DNA of 64,000 nt from the human T2T-CHM13v2.0 reference genome, Homo sapiens: assembly GCF_009914755.1 (NCBI RefSeq), contig NC_060934.1, one strand, 5' to 3'. The notes beneath the pieces were generated by a model, which ran no database searches, was not told the origin of the DNA, and worked only from the letters and a program-made list of their open reading frames with translations. This document shows positions 52,811 to 64,000 of this stretch, piece after piece; the stretch's first letter is position 1; every line of letters begins with the position of its first letter. The position numbers and the translations under genes were made by a program.

Positions 52811-52938
52811 CCCATTTATGCCCAGTGTTCTATTACTGGAATGCTAAGCTGTGGGAGTTATTTATATCCTACTACTCAAGGTCATCGCCAAGGTCTGATT
52901 TTTCACAAAAAAAAATTGTAACCTTTGGCATAAATGGG
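52811..52938 (+). mobile_element. MER85 piggyBac-derived MITE with TTAA target duplication
   Basis: TTAA at 52807-52810; TIRs cccatttatgcc...ggcataaatggg; TTAA at 52939-52942; internal ctcaaggtcatcgccaaggtctgatt. Confidence 0.92.
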
Positions 52939-54064
52939 TTAATGGGTTCAAAAAATAGAAAGAATGAATAAGACCTGGTACATTTAAAATAGCTAAAAGA
53001 GTATAATTGGATTGTTTATAACACAAAGGATAAAAATCTGAGGGGATAGATACCCCATTTTCCATAATGTGATTAGTATGTGTTGCATGCCTATTGCAAA
53101 GCAAGTGTATATATTTATGGGGTACATAGGGCATATCTTGTGTACCTCATAAATATATACACATACACCTACTGTGTATCCACAAAAATAAAAAGATTAA
53201 AAAAATAAAGAGATGGAAAATAGAATTTGCACTGTTAATGATAAGAAATAAGACATGTTTACAAACTTTCAACAAATAAAAATAACTGACTTTAAATATA
53301 AATTTATATAGTTAAATAAAATAGACTAGATATTTAGGTAAATAAATAAGTTGCTTTTACATCATAGACAATGCGGAAAGAAATTGTTGATCATTTATGA
53401 ATTGTAATTAATTTAGACACCCAGTGGCAAATGCAAGATTTCCAAAATTTTTTTCTTCCAAGTATAGTGTAATTTATTTTGCCATGAATATTAGCTAAAA
53501 GTAAACAAACAAGGGAAAAGTGTGGTTGTAAATTTTATCACTGGGGATAATGGAGAAGGAAAAGATCAGAAAACCCAAAATCTATATAGAGAATGTAAGA
53601 AATTAGAGGAGATAGGGAATAAGCAAGAAGCTCTGCAACATGAATTTAAATAGTCGACTGAATCATAAAGGCTTTCAGTGCATGGACTATTGTTCTCTGG
53701 TATAGTTTTCTTTATCAGTCTCCCTTAAGATATAGTATGCAAAAATAAAAGCTAAAGTCTGTATGTGACCTGGCGCATACATCAGGACAACTGTTTCCCT
53801 TTTGATCACCAGAACTCTATTAGCACCTGTTACATTCAAATCTAATATGCAGAATTTTAGAAATGAAAAACCAAGACTTTCATCAGGTCCAGTTCCCTCA
53901 GTTTTCAAATGAGGAAAATGAAGTGAATTAAAGTTAACTGACTTGCCCAAAGTCACCCACAGGGATACTACTGATGAGCAAACAGTTTAGGCTTAGAGCC
54001 CCAGAATGCTAATAGAGACATCATAAATATGTCACTATCAAAATACCACTACCCAGGGAGCTCG

Positions 54065-54235
54065 TGGAATAGAGCACTGGACTTAGAGTCAGCAAACTTG
54101 TATTTGAATCTCAGCTCTGCCTCTTACTTCCTATGAGACCATGGGCAAGTCACTTCAGCTCTCTGAAAAATGGGAATGCTTAAGACCTACTTCATAAAAA
54201 TGTTACGTATATTCAATGTGAAAGTGCTTTGTGAA
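54065..54235 (+). mobile_element. MIR
   Basis: agagcactggacttagagtcag...ttgaatctcagctctgcc...atgggcaagtcactt core. Confidence 0.75.
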
Positions 54236-54491
54236 AAACAACAGATAGTAAAACTATTAGAATATATGATAATGGTGATGATCTCATAGTCACTACTTAG
54301 TTAAATGGATATAATACTTTTTAAGTAACTAGACTGTTATGTGAATGTTGTGTAACATATTTCATGTCTCTAATTCTCATGATTCAGAAAAGATGTTGCA
54401 TATGTTTAAATTTGCCTTTAAAGATTTTTTTTAACTTTTAATTACGAAAAATCTCAAACGTTTACAATGTGGTTAGAATATAATGAATCCC

Positions 54492-54892
<401 letters not shown>

Positions 54893-57800
54893 TTAACCAT
54901 TTTAAGAGCACAGTTCAATGACATTAACTACATTCATATTGCTGTGTCTGCTAGTCTTAAACTTCCATCCACTTCCCACCTATCCAGTGGATAATTATGA
55001 AGATCTTACTCTTTAAATCAGACATCTAGCACTTTAATTTTCATCCAAATTGGTATGAAACTTTTTTGCTCTAAGCCTCAGTTTCCTCTTCAGCAAAATA
55101 TCATAGCATCCATCTCTCAAAGTTGTGAATTTTAAAGGATGTTCTGTAACATCATATAGCTAGTACTCAATAAATGTTAGCTCACTTGCTCCCACCATTC
55201 ATAGGTATGACTGTTCCCAGAGAGTTGTGCTGATAACACGATGGATTCCATTTCACTGATGTGATGGCTCTCAAGTTTTATTTGGAGGATTTTACTGACA
55301 TTTCTTCATTGTTCCTTTGTACCTTATCAAGGTAGGACATTTAAACCGAATTAAGTTTCCTAAATGATATAAATGTAATAAAGAGTTCCTTATATCTTCT
55401 TGGTGATAGTATTTACTTTTAAAATAATTATAAAAGAAATAGAATAAGCTCCATAGCCTAAGTGAGAAGTTCCTGAAGTCACTGCAGCCATTTATTAAAG
55501 CGTACTGGTAGGCAAACAGAAAATACCTTTGACTTTCCTTTAATGATGGAGTCACTGTGAAGGACACAGGAAAATGCTGACTTCTTCTAGGTCACTGCTC
55601 AACCTATGTCTGTCCTCTCTGATAAGTTCTTCTCAGCTTCACTTTATCCTTCTGCATACTAAATGGGGACATATTCTAAGACCTACTCCTCTTCTTTGAG
55701 ATTTTTCACAAGCTCCTATGGGTGACTTACTTATATTTCTTCAGCCTGCATCTCTATATGAAGAATTCTAAAATAAACATCTCCAGCCAACAATTCTTTG
55801 TCTGACTCTAAGAAACTTCTGAACCCCAAAAGAAGCATATTCAAACCTAAACTCATCATCACCCCCTCAAACCCTCTCAGAAACCCTCTGTTTCTGTTGA
55901 TGATGCCATCACTCCTGTGTCAGACTGTCTTAGAGACTCATCCTTCCATTTTTACATCCAAGACAAAGAGTGATTATTCCTTAGAAACGTTTCTTTTATT
56001 TGTTCTGCTCTTATCCCAACTCCACTAATGGGGGCATTACAGCTTCATCCAGCCTATTTAATGCAATAGCTCATGGAGTCAATAAAATACACTTTCTAGC
56101 ATATAACATTTAATCAAGAAACCAGAATTCTAAACACTTTTAGGAATTAAGTGAGAGTCATGCCTGAGCAGCCCTTCAACTAACACTTAGGAGAGTTTAA
56201 AGACATAAATTCTTTTTCTGAGCCAGAAAAAAACCAAAGTTCTCTTTATTGGTAAAGCATGTTATTTTATAACTAGGTCTGAATAATGCAAACATCTGAT
56301 AATCTTTAAAGAAATCACACCAACAAAATCTGAGCGCAATCTGGGCTTTCTCAAATACAGCTCACATTTCCCTAATTTTTACAGTCTCTATATAAAGACT
56401 TATATTCCCATTATTACATTTAGAGTGCCCTTCAAAGGTGCCATAAAGTTCCAGTCTTGATAGTCTCCAATTAGTGTCCTAGCTACATAGCTCTGAAGTT
56501 CCAGTTTACTAGCTTAACATACAAGCTAGAGCTTATCTTAACTGAGAACACTTATCTCTAATGACTGGCTTCTATTAAAACCAATCCCCCAGCAATACAA
56601 AACAGCTAATTTACAGATTTTAACTTTCTGCTTAGCTTTTCTCTTGCAATGTATTACAGTATCGTCCAGATATCTACCTTCCCAGGTGACTCTTTTTTCA
56701 GAGAATACCCCAATTGACATTGACTCACTCCAGTACTCTGAAACTCATAGTTTTGATAATAAATATACAAAGGTTCATTTGCAAATATATTCACTATAGT
56801 TGCATTTGTCTAGCAGAATTTAAGACATAACAATGTCTATTCATAAGTGGGTAGAATAAGGGTAAGTGTATTGATGAAACAAAATTGTCATGAGTTGGTA
56901 ATTGTTGAAATTCAGTGATGGGTTCATTATATAATTCTCTCTACTTTTTTGCATATGTTTAAAATTTCTTCCATAATACAACCTTTTAAAATTAGGGTAC
57001 TATTAATATAATGTAACTACTAGAAACAATTAAGATTGATCAATCTGTACTCACAGAAATAGGGCTATGATATATTATTAAGTGAGATAGCAACTTGATA
57101 AACAATAATGCTCCATTTTGGGTTTTACAAATTCTGTATGTATGTGTTTATGTGTATATATATATATTTGTATATCCACAGATAAAAATCTGGTTACTTT
57201 GGACCCACCAAACTAACAGCTAACCCTGGTAATTAAGAATTACAGTGGATGATCATAGCTTACTCTTTTTGCTACAATAATTTTTATAACCAACATCTGA
57301 AAATTTTAAAAATAAAATCATATTAACAACTGAAATATTTAGTGCAAGGTGGATCTTGAGGATTATATTCTTGGGAGCATAGAATAATAAAAGTATACAT
57401 CTATGCTTCAAAGCATGCTACATATTGAAGGCAAAATAAGTTTATTTGATGTATTCTCTCAAGACATTGACTTTAATTAAGTGCTTTTTCTACCAACCTT
57501 ATCTGGGACTGCCTTCTGTTACTTTCTGAAAAGGTTTTACTTAATTCTTTGATCTTTCCCATTACGGGCAAAACAGATGGCGGAAAACCATAGAAGATTT
57601 TCTTGCCCCTCGTTTAGTCCAAATTCATAATTTTTTGTAAAATCATGATCGAAGTCAATTTGTATATTTCTGCTTTGTCCAAAGATACTCCTACCACTCC
57701 CCTAAGGAGAATCTGCAGTTATCCTTGCTTTTGTACTGCTGATTTTTGTAGTCTTCATGTCCAAGTTTCCCTGCCTTTCACTATCTCTCCACCCAAATCT

Positions 57801-57895
57801 GGATCAGGTGTCTTCCTCTATTATAACACTTGTCATACTCTACCGAAATTGTTTACTTATCTGCTTCCCCTGTAAGACTGCAAGTGGGCTGCAAC

Positions 57896-58227
57896 CAGGG
57901 GTGGATCCAAGTTTTATGGGGCTTGAAACTAATACAATTTAGGGAGCCTACATTAAAAAATATACAAAATTACAAATATCAAATTATGTATAAATATGTA
58001 TATTTATTTAAAATGAGAAAAAAAAATCACAACACATTCTTGAAGGTTTAGCGATTAAGATCCTTCTCTTCTGAGACTTCTTTAGACAATTTACCAGAAA
58101 TGTTTACATAGAAATGCATTTCAGTTACAACCCGGCTTTCCCTTCCCATTACTGGCATTTACAAGAGCCTAGGAAAGTGGTATATACTGAAGTATGAGCT
58201 TCATTAACTTCACGGTAAATCCATGTG
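57896..58227 (+). mobile_element. hAT-Tip100-type non-autonomous DNA transposon fragment
   Basis: caggggtggatccaagttttatggggcttgaa...cttcacggtaaatcc termini. Subfamily uncertain. Confidence 0.55.
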
Positions 58228-58284
58228 TGACTTCTTTATTGCTGTATTCTCAGCACTCAGCACAGTGCCTTAAATGTATTAGAC

Positions 58285-58526
58285 CAGGGGTATAGGGTCT
58301 TTTGGCTTCCCTGGGCCACATTGGAAGAAGAAGAATTGTCTTGAGCCACACATAAAATATGCTAAAAATAATGACAGTTGATGAACTAAAAAATAAAAAT
58401 AAAAATAAAAATAAATCACACACAAAAATATCTCTTGTTTAAGAAACTTTACAAATTTGTGTTGTGTCACATTCAAAGCTGTCCTGGGCCACATGCAGCC
58501 CGTGGGCCATGGTTTGGACAAGTTTT
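58285..58526 (+). mobile_element. MER30 (hAT-Charlie MITE)
   Basis: cttttggcttccctgggccacattggaagaagaagaattgtcttg...gggccacatgcagcccgtgggcc...ttggacaag; approximate TSD t(a/t)ttaga. Confidence 0.88.
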
Positions 58527-58599
58527 TTTAGATCCTCAAAAATATAGCTGTGAGCAGGAAGGCAGGGATGGGTGGATTCATACTCTTTTTTACCAAATA

Positions 58600-59100
58600 T
58601 ATGCTACAAACCCTTTAATGGCTTCCTACCGCTCTTAAGATAAAAAATTACTGTATAACCCAGCCTTTGCCTTCCTCTCCAACTGCATCTTGATCTCTTC
58701 TTTACCTTCTATACTCCAACTACATTAACCTTCTCTTACTGCCTTAGGACCTGTCCATAGGTAGTTTCCTTTGCCCAGACTCCTCTTCCCATCCCAACTC
58801 CACCATTTACAGCTCAGTTCAAATGCTACTTTGTCAAGAAAGACTTGAAGCCTAGTTTAAGTCTCCCAGTAATCTCATTCACGATATTCCCTACTTCCTC
58901 AAAAACACTCCTCACAATTGTAATTACAGAGTTTTGTAAAAAGTTGTTTAATACCTATTTGCTACTGGAATGAAAACTCTATGAAAGTAGGGGTGACAGT
59001 GTGTTTGTTTATTTATTGTTTCCCCAGTTTACCACAATGCTGTATACAGAGTAGGTGCTCAATAAATATTTGTAGAATTAATGAAGAAATAAATGAATGA
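58600..59100 (+). mobile_element. L2 3' region
   Basis: Ends gtaggtgctcaataaatatttgtagaattaatgaa. Confidence 0.7.
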
Positions 59101-59329
59101 AGACTAATGTCCAAGAGGATAGAACTCTCAGTATGTATTACAGAAAAGACAGTACCTAGGATCAAAACATTCACTGGTCAAAGAGAACAATAAAATATTT
59201 ATTAATAATAGCTAATATTTATTGCTTGCTGAATGTTAGACTTTGTAGTATGCAATTATCTTTATATGCAATTATCTCATTCGATCCTCAGAAGAATCTA
59301 GCAAGTAGATATTAGAATAAACTTGTTGA

Positions 59330-59715
59330 TTTTGACCAAAAAAATCCTTCTGGATTTTGAACGAGATTGTGTTCACTCTACAGATCACTCTAAAGATCAG
59401 ACTGACATCTTAACAATGTGTATTGTAAACCATAAACATAGCAAATATCTCCATTTATTCAGGTATTCTTTTATCATTGTTTTACAGTTTTCAGCATCAG
59501 ATCTTACACAAATTTTGTTAGAGTTATACCTAGTCATTTCATGGTTTAGTGTTCTATTGTGAATAATACTATATTTTAAAGTCTCAATTTGTGATTGTTA
59601 ATTGTTAGGATATAGAAATACAATTCTTTTTATTGATCTTGTATCCTTCACCTTATTAATCTCAGTTAGTTCCAGCGACATTTTTGTAGATTTTTTGAAG
59701 TTTCCTAGACAATCC
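59330..59715 (-). mobile_element. Old L1M ORF2 fragment, antisense
   Basis: ctggattttga...actgacatcttaacaat...tctccatttattcaggt...tatagaaatacaatt. Confidence 0.65.
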
Positions 59716-59993
59716 AGCTTTCATTTGATTTGTGTGGTTCTTTAACATAAATCTATTTAGCACTAGCCAGGGAAAATGCTATATTAATGTCAGACAGGTT
59801 TCAACCACAGAACAGTCTTCTTATTGGTAACCGTTGCTCCATCCTCAATCCACAAAGAATATTGTTTAGGGAGGATTATGAATGAATCAGGAGTTACCCA
59901 TAAGAGATTATCTGGTGGTGATTCTGACTTCTTAACCTGAATTGTCCTGACTCCTATAATTTGGAAAGGGAAAGACAGGAATAAAGGGCTACT

Positions 59994-60140
59994 CCAGGAA
60001 TTCTCAAAATTTATATACACAGGAATCCCCTGTGAACACCTATTAAAAATACAGATTTCTGAGACTTCAACCATTTTAGCAAGCCACCTCAGATGAGTCT
60101 GATGCAGATGGTCCATGAACCATACTTGAGGAATACTAGT
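59994..60140. mobile_element. MER5-type hAT MITE
   Basis: ttctcaaa...gaatcccctg...aaaatacagatttctg...tctgatgca...ggtcc...catacttgaggaatact. Confidence 0.65.
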
Positions 60141-60161
60141 CTATATTCTATGCTCTGTAAA

Positions 60162-60368
60162 GCAGCACTGCCCAGAAAAGCAAGGCACATATGTAATTTA
60201 AAATTTTTTGGTAGTCCTACTTTTAAAAAAGATAAATTTAATTTTAACAATATATTTTTGTTGGCCCAATATATCCAAAATATTATCATTTTGACATGTG
60301 GCACTGGCCACATTTCAAGCACTCAGTAGCCACATGTGGCTAGTGGCTATTCATCTGAAACAGCACTT
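60162..60368. mobile_element. MER33/MER3-type hAT MITE
   Basis: gcactgcc...cacatatgtaatttaaaatt...ccacatttcaagcactcagtagccacatgtggctagtggcta...cagcac. Confidence 0.75.
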
Positions 60369-62621
60369 TCATATGAATATTTGATTTTAAGCAATATTGC
60401 TCAACTTCTTTGATAATAAAAGTCACCTCAAACTTTGTCTCTTCTTTTTTTTCCATAAAAGCTTTTTTACAATAAATTAATAAGCTTCTCCCCTGAAAGT
60501 TCTAAATCTGTAGGTTTGGATAGGAAACCCTAAGAATATGTGCCACTGTAGGTGATTCACATTTTCAGGGAAGTTTGGGAATCACAGCAGCAGGGCATGA
60601 ACCAAAGCTCATGTAGGCTCTCAGGCAAATAGTTTCTATGGGCTGGATAAGGCTGAACTCTTGACAAAGAGATCCCAGAACATCAAAGAATTATTGGTCT
60701 TGGCTTTCTCCAGCCTCCCAATTCTATTTACTTCTTCCTCAAGGATATTTCTATTACCCCCAATGACCTTGCTTTCTTCCTCCCAGGAAAACTGCTTTCT
60801 GATCTAGCATTCTTACCAAGCGTTAAACAACTAATATGAATTATCACTCATAGCAAGATCTGGGCCACTTAACCTCAAACTTGAACCAAAGACATGTGAC
60901 CAGAACTTCACATTTTTCTTCCTATACATCAAAAATTCCAGAAATTCTAGTATTCTGTGTCTCTAAATTAAATCCCCTAGGTAAGAAGGAGGATGTCTCC
61001 TTCATAGGCAGAATCTCAGTCATTAACTTGAACATACTCACCTTAATAAGAAGCTTCAATTCATAGTCTCCAAAACATTGTGAAGTTGAGGAAGAATTGC
61101 TGATCTTAGAAACCCCAAAATCACTGCCTTCTCCATCTATGCACAAAAGTGGCCCTGCCCACAAAGGTCAGATAGAACCAGATCAATTAAAGGGATGTTA
61201 CTCAAGAGTAGAATGTAAAATTTAAGGACAGAGATTCTGGAATCAATCAGATTGGGACCCATTTTATCCCATGGGTTCCAAATTACTATTTCTCCATAAC
61301 TAATCTTATTTGTTACTATCAGCACTTAAAGCAATATTTTCCAGTATGACAGTTCCCTGAACTTTTTATTTTGAATTAACAAATGGTTATGTTCATCATA
61401 TCTTTAAATTGCACTCTTTCTTTCAATATGTTTTTGCTTTAGTGAACCAATCAATATCTTGAAAATGTTAAGATAGCCAAATTTGCAATAAAACATATTA
61501 AATTCAGAGGTACAAGATGGTCCTTACATTGTTATACAAAGAGGAAAGAGACGACTAATATGTATTAAACATTTGCCATATATGTCAAATCATTTCAACC
61601 CCTTGAGGTAATTTCTACTATTCTCACTTTAAAAAAGGGGAAACTGAAGTCTAGAGAGTCTAAGTACCTTGTTATAGGTTACCCTGCAAGTAAGTAGTGG
61701 AGCAAGAGTTTGAATTTGTTTTACCCAAAAGGCCTTGGCCTTTCCACTATACCCTTATAAATGTTAATAAAATCATTTTATGTAAATTTTCACAGATCAA
61801 ATTTATCAAATTTGATACTGAGTTTTTTAATGTTTTTAATAAAATTGAAAAAAAAATTTAAAATATTTTATTTTCCAGTTATTTGTGACTAATATATTGA
61901 AATATAATAGATTTTTGTGTATTGACTTTATAGCCTATAATTTAGCTAAACTCACTTATTAGTCCTGCCAGTATTTTTGTAGATTATACAGAGCCAATCT
62001 CTATAACTTGTCTATTTCTCTGTTCCATGTCAAGTAAAAATGACTACATAAATTTTTATCAAATTTGGAAAATATAATGTGATTAGGCTAATAATAGTCT
62101 ATCAGGAGATGACTTTCAGGACCATTTAAAGAGGCAGACAATCATCATCACAAGCAGCTGAAAGTGAAGCATGATTGCAGACCCACATGACTGCCCAAAG
62201 AAAGGAAAAGGCAACATTGATTAAAATACCAGAGACAGAGAAAACAATCAATTAAGAAACACATTAAGGGTAGATACATCAAACTGCAATTTATTGCATG
62301 CTTGTTATTTGGGCAACTTCAAGTATTACAATGCTCCAGGGTAAGAAGCAGCAGAGTTTTATTAATTTAACTATGGCAGACAATTCTCTTCAGCAGTAGG
62401 GAGATCAGCCAATAAAACAGCCATTATTTGTTGTTTCTTAGTGCTATCTTTGTCCCTTACTCTTCATTATCCAATATAATTTGTTATTACGTTATACATT
62501 GTGGCCGATTAATTTAAAAACACTCAAGAGATTTCCATTCTTGGTTAGGAAGAGTCAGGCTGTATCAGACCAATCTTCCTGCTGAGAATAACTAGAAAAA
62601 AACAATTTTAAAAATCAGTTT

Positions 62622-62914
62622 GGCCAGGCAGTTGCCTGAGCCTGTCCAGCACTTTGGGAGGCCAAGGCAGGAGGACTGCTTGAGGCCAGGAATTCTAGAC
62701 CAGCCCAGGCAACAAAGGGAGACACCCATCTCCACAAAAGTAAAACAATAAATAAAAATAAAATTAGCCTGGTGTGGTAGCATGCACCTGTGGTCCCAGT
62801 ACTCAGGAGGCTGAGGCAGGAGGATCACTGGAGCCTGAGAGGTTGAGGCTGCAGCGAGCCATGATGGCACCACTGCACTCCAGCCTGGGCAACAGAGCAA
62901 GACACTACCTCGAA
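62622..62914 (+). mobile_element. Alu (AluJ-like)
   Basis: Dimer; TSD aaaaatcagttt. Confidence 0.9.
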
Positions 62915-63362
62915 AAAAATCAGTTTGAAGGCATCATATAGTTGTCAAGACAGGCAGTATATAACAGGTAGATCTATGAAAGAAAAATCCCTAATTGAGG
63001 TTAGCTGTCTTTCATGGCTTTCCTTTCAAAGCAGTTGCTGATTCACATGCAAAACAGAGCCAAGAAGCTGAATAAGGAGAAAGCAGCAGCTAAGAGGCTA
63101 AGACTCTGAGCACAGTTTCTGGCAGTCTCACAGTGCTGGGATACAAGTACAGCACTTGTAGTTTGGGAGGATATGCCCTGGTAAATTTCCTATGCTTCCT
63201 GTTGGGAACCTGAAAGGATGCAACCTAAGAGTAAGAATGAACCAGAAATAAAATGGTCCTTACAAAGACAGAAACAAGCTTCAAGTCAGCGGGGTTCCAA
63301 CTAGGATTGAGATAACTGGCCCCTAATCTGTCTGCCAGTAAATATTTACTGAAAGAAAATGA

Positions 63363-64000
63363 TGTGATGGTTTGTGTTGTGCTAACTTGGTTAAGCTGGA
63401 AACTACATTTCTCCACGTCCTCTTCTCCCTATCGTTCTATGTTAGAGTTGGCCAACAACGAATTTACGTAAGATTTAAAATGCATGATGAGTTCATGTCC
63501 TTTGTAGGGACACGGATGAAGCTGGAAACCATCATTCTCAGCAAACTATCGCAAGGACGAAAAACCAAACACCGCATGTTCTCACTCATAGGTGGGAATT
63601 GAACAATGAGAACACATGAACACAGGAAGGGGAACATCACACACCAGGGACTGTTGTGGGGTGGGGGGGAGGGGGGAGGGATAGCATTAGGAGATATACC
63701 TAATGCTAAATGACGAGTTAATGGGTGCAGCACACCAACATGGCACACGTATACATATGTTACAAACCTGCATGTTGTGCACATGTACCCTAAAACTTAA
63801 AGTATAATAATAATAAAATAATTTAAAAAAAGATTTAAAATGCAAAAGATAAGAAGCAGCCATTACAATCTACAGGTTTTTGTTTGTTTTTTGTTTTTTT
63901 GTTTGTTTTTTGTTTTTTTACAGTCAAAGGTGTTTCTCAACAGATGCCTGGGAGCTGAGCTTCCAGTTCTGGGAGTGTGGGCTGCAAAATATACAGAGTA
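63363..64000 (+). mobile_element. ERVL-type LTR fragment hosting an L1PA insertion
   Basis: tgtgatggtt...aacttggttaagctggaaactacatttc...gttagagttggcca start. Subfamily and right end uncertain. Confidence 0.5.
63485..63829 (+). mobile_element. Short 5'-truncated L1PA 3' end
   Basis: Perfect 15-bp TSD aagatttaaaatgca (63470-63484 and 63830-63844); ends ...MFSLIGGN, 3' UTR and tail. Confidence 0.93.

Noticed and set aside
53205-53226. agagatggaaaatagaa as a TSD of the L1MA, resembling 42733-42749
   Set aside because: The 5' look-alike is the L1's own start motif (caagatgg..aatagaag), so it cannot be confidently called a TSD.

Overview
Primate, very probably human, genomic DNA. It is AT-rich and dominated by repeats, with no recognisable protein-coding gene, RNA gene or CRISPR array. 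Most of the window is nested retroelements: an L1PA15/16-type, an old L1M, a roughly 10.5-kb L1MA2/3-type, 12 Alus, ERVL/MaLR LTRs, an LTR16/HERV16-type partial provirus, L2/MIR and DNA-transposon MITEs (MER85, MER53, MER30, MER5, MER33). The main result is a full-length pre-Ta-type L1HS on the minus strand (30521-36589). Its target-site duplication (tatatccactt) is not next to its own poly(A) but 1.6 kb further on, after a second poly(A), and the whole 7.7-kb block splits a single L2. This is the signature of a ~1.6-kb L1 3' transduction (28922-30520) from another locus. This L1HS has ORF0, ORF1 and ORF2 all disrupted. Also visible: five local inverted duplications of template-switch type inside old L1s, a TTAA-flanked piggyBac MER85, a twin-primed L1MA, a possible gene-conversion tract between two young L1s, and weak signs of a spliced minus-strand transcript. 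Subfamily names come from recalled consensus features, not a database search, and boundaries of old repeats are approximate.
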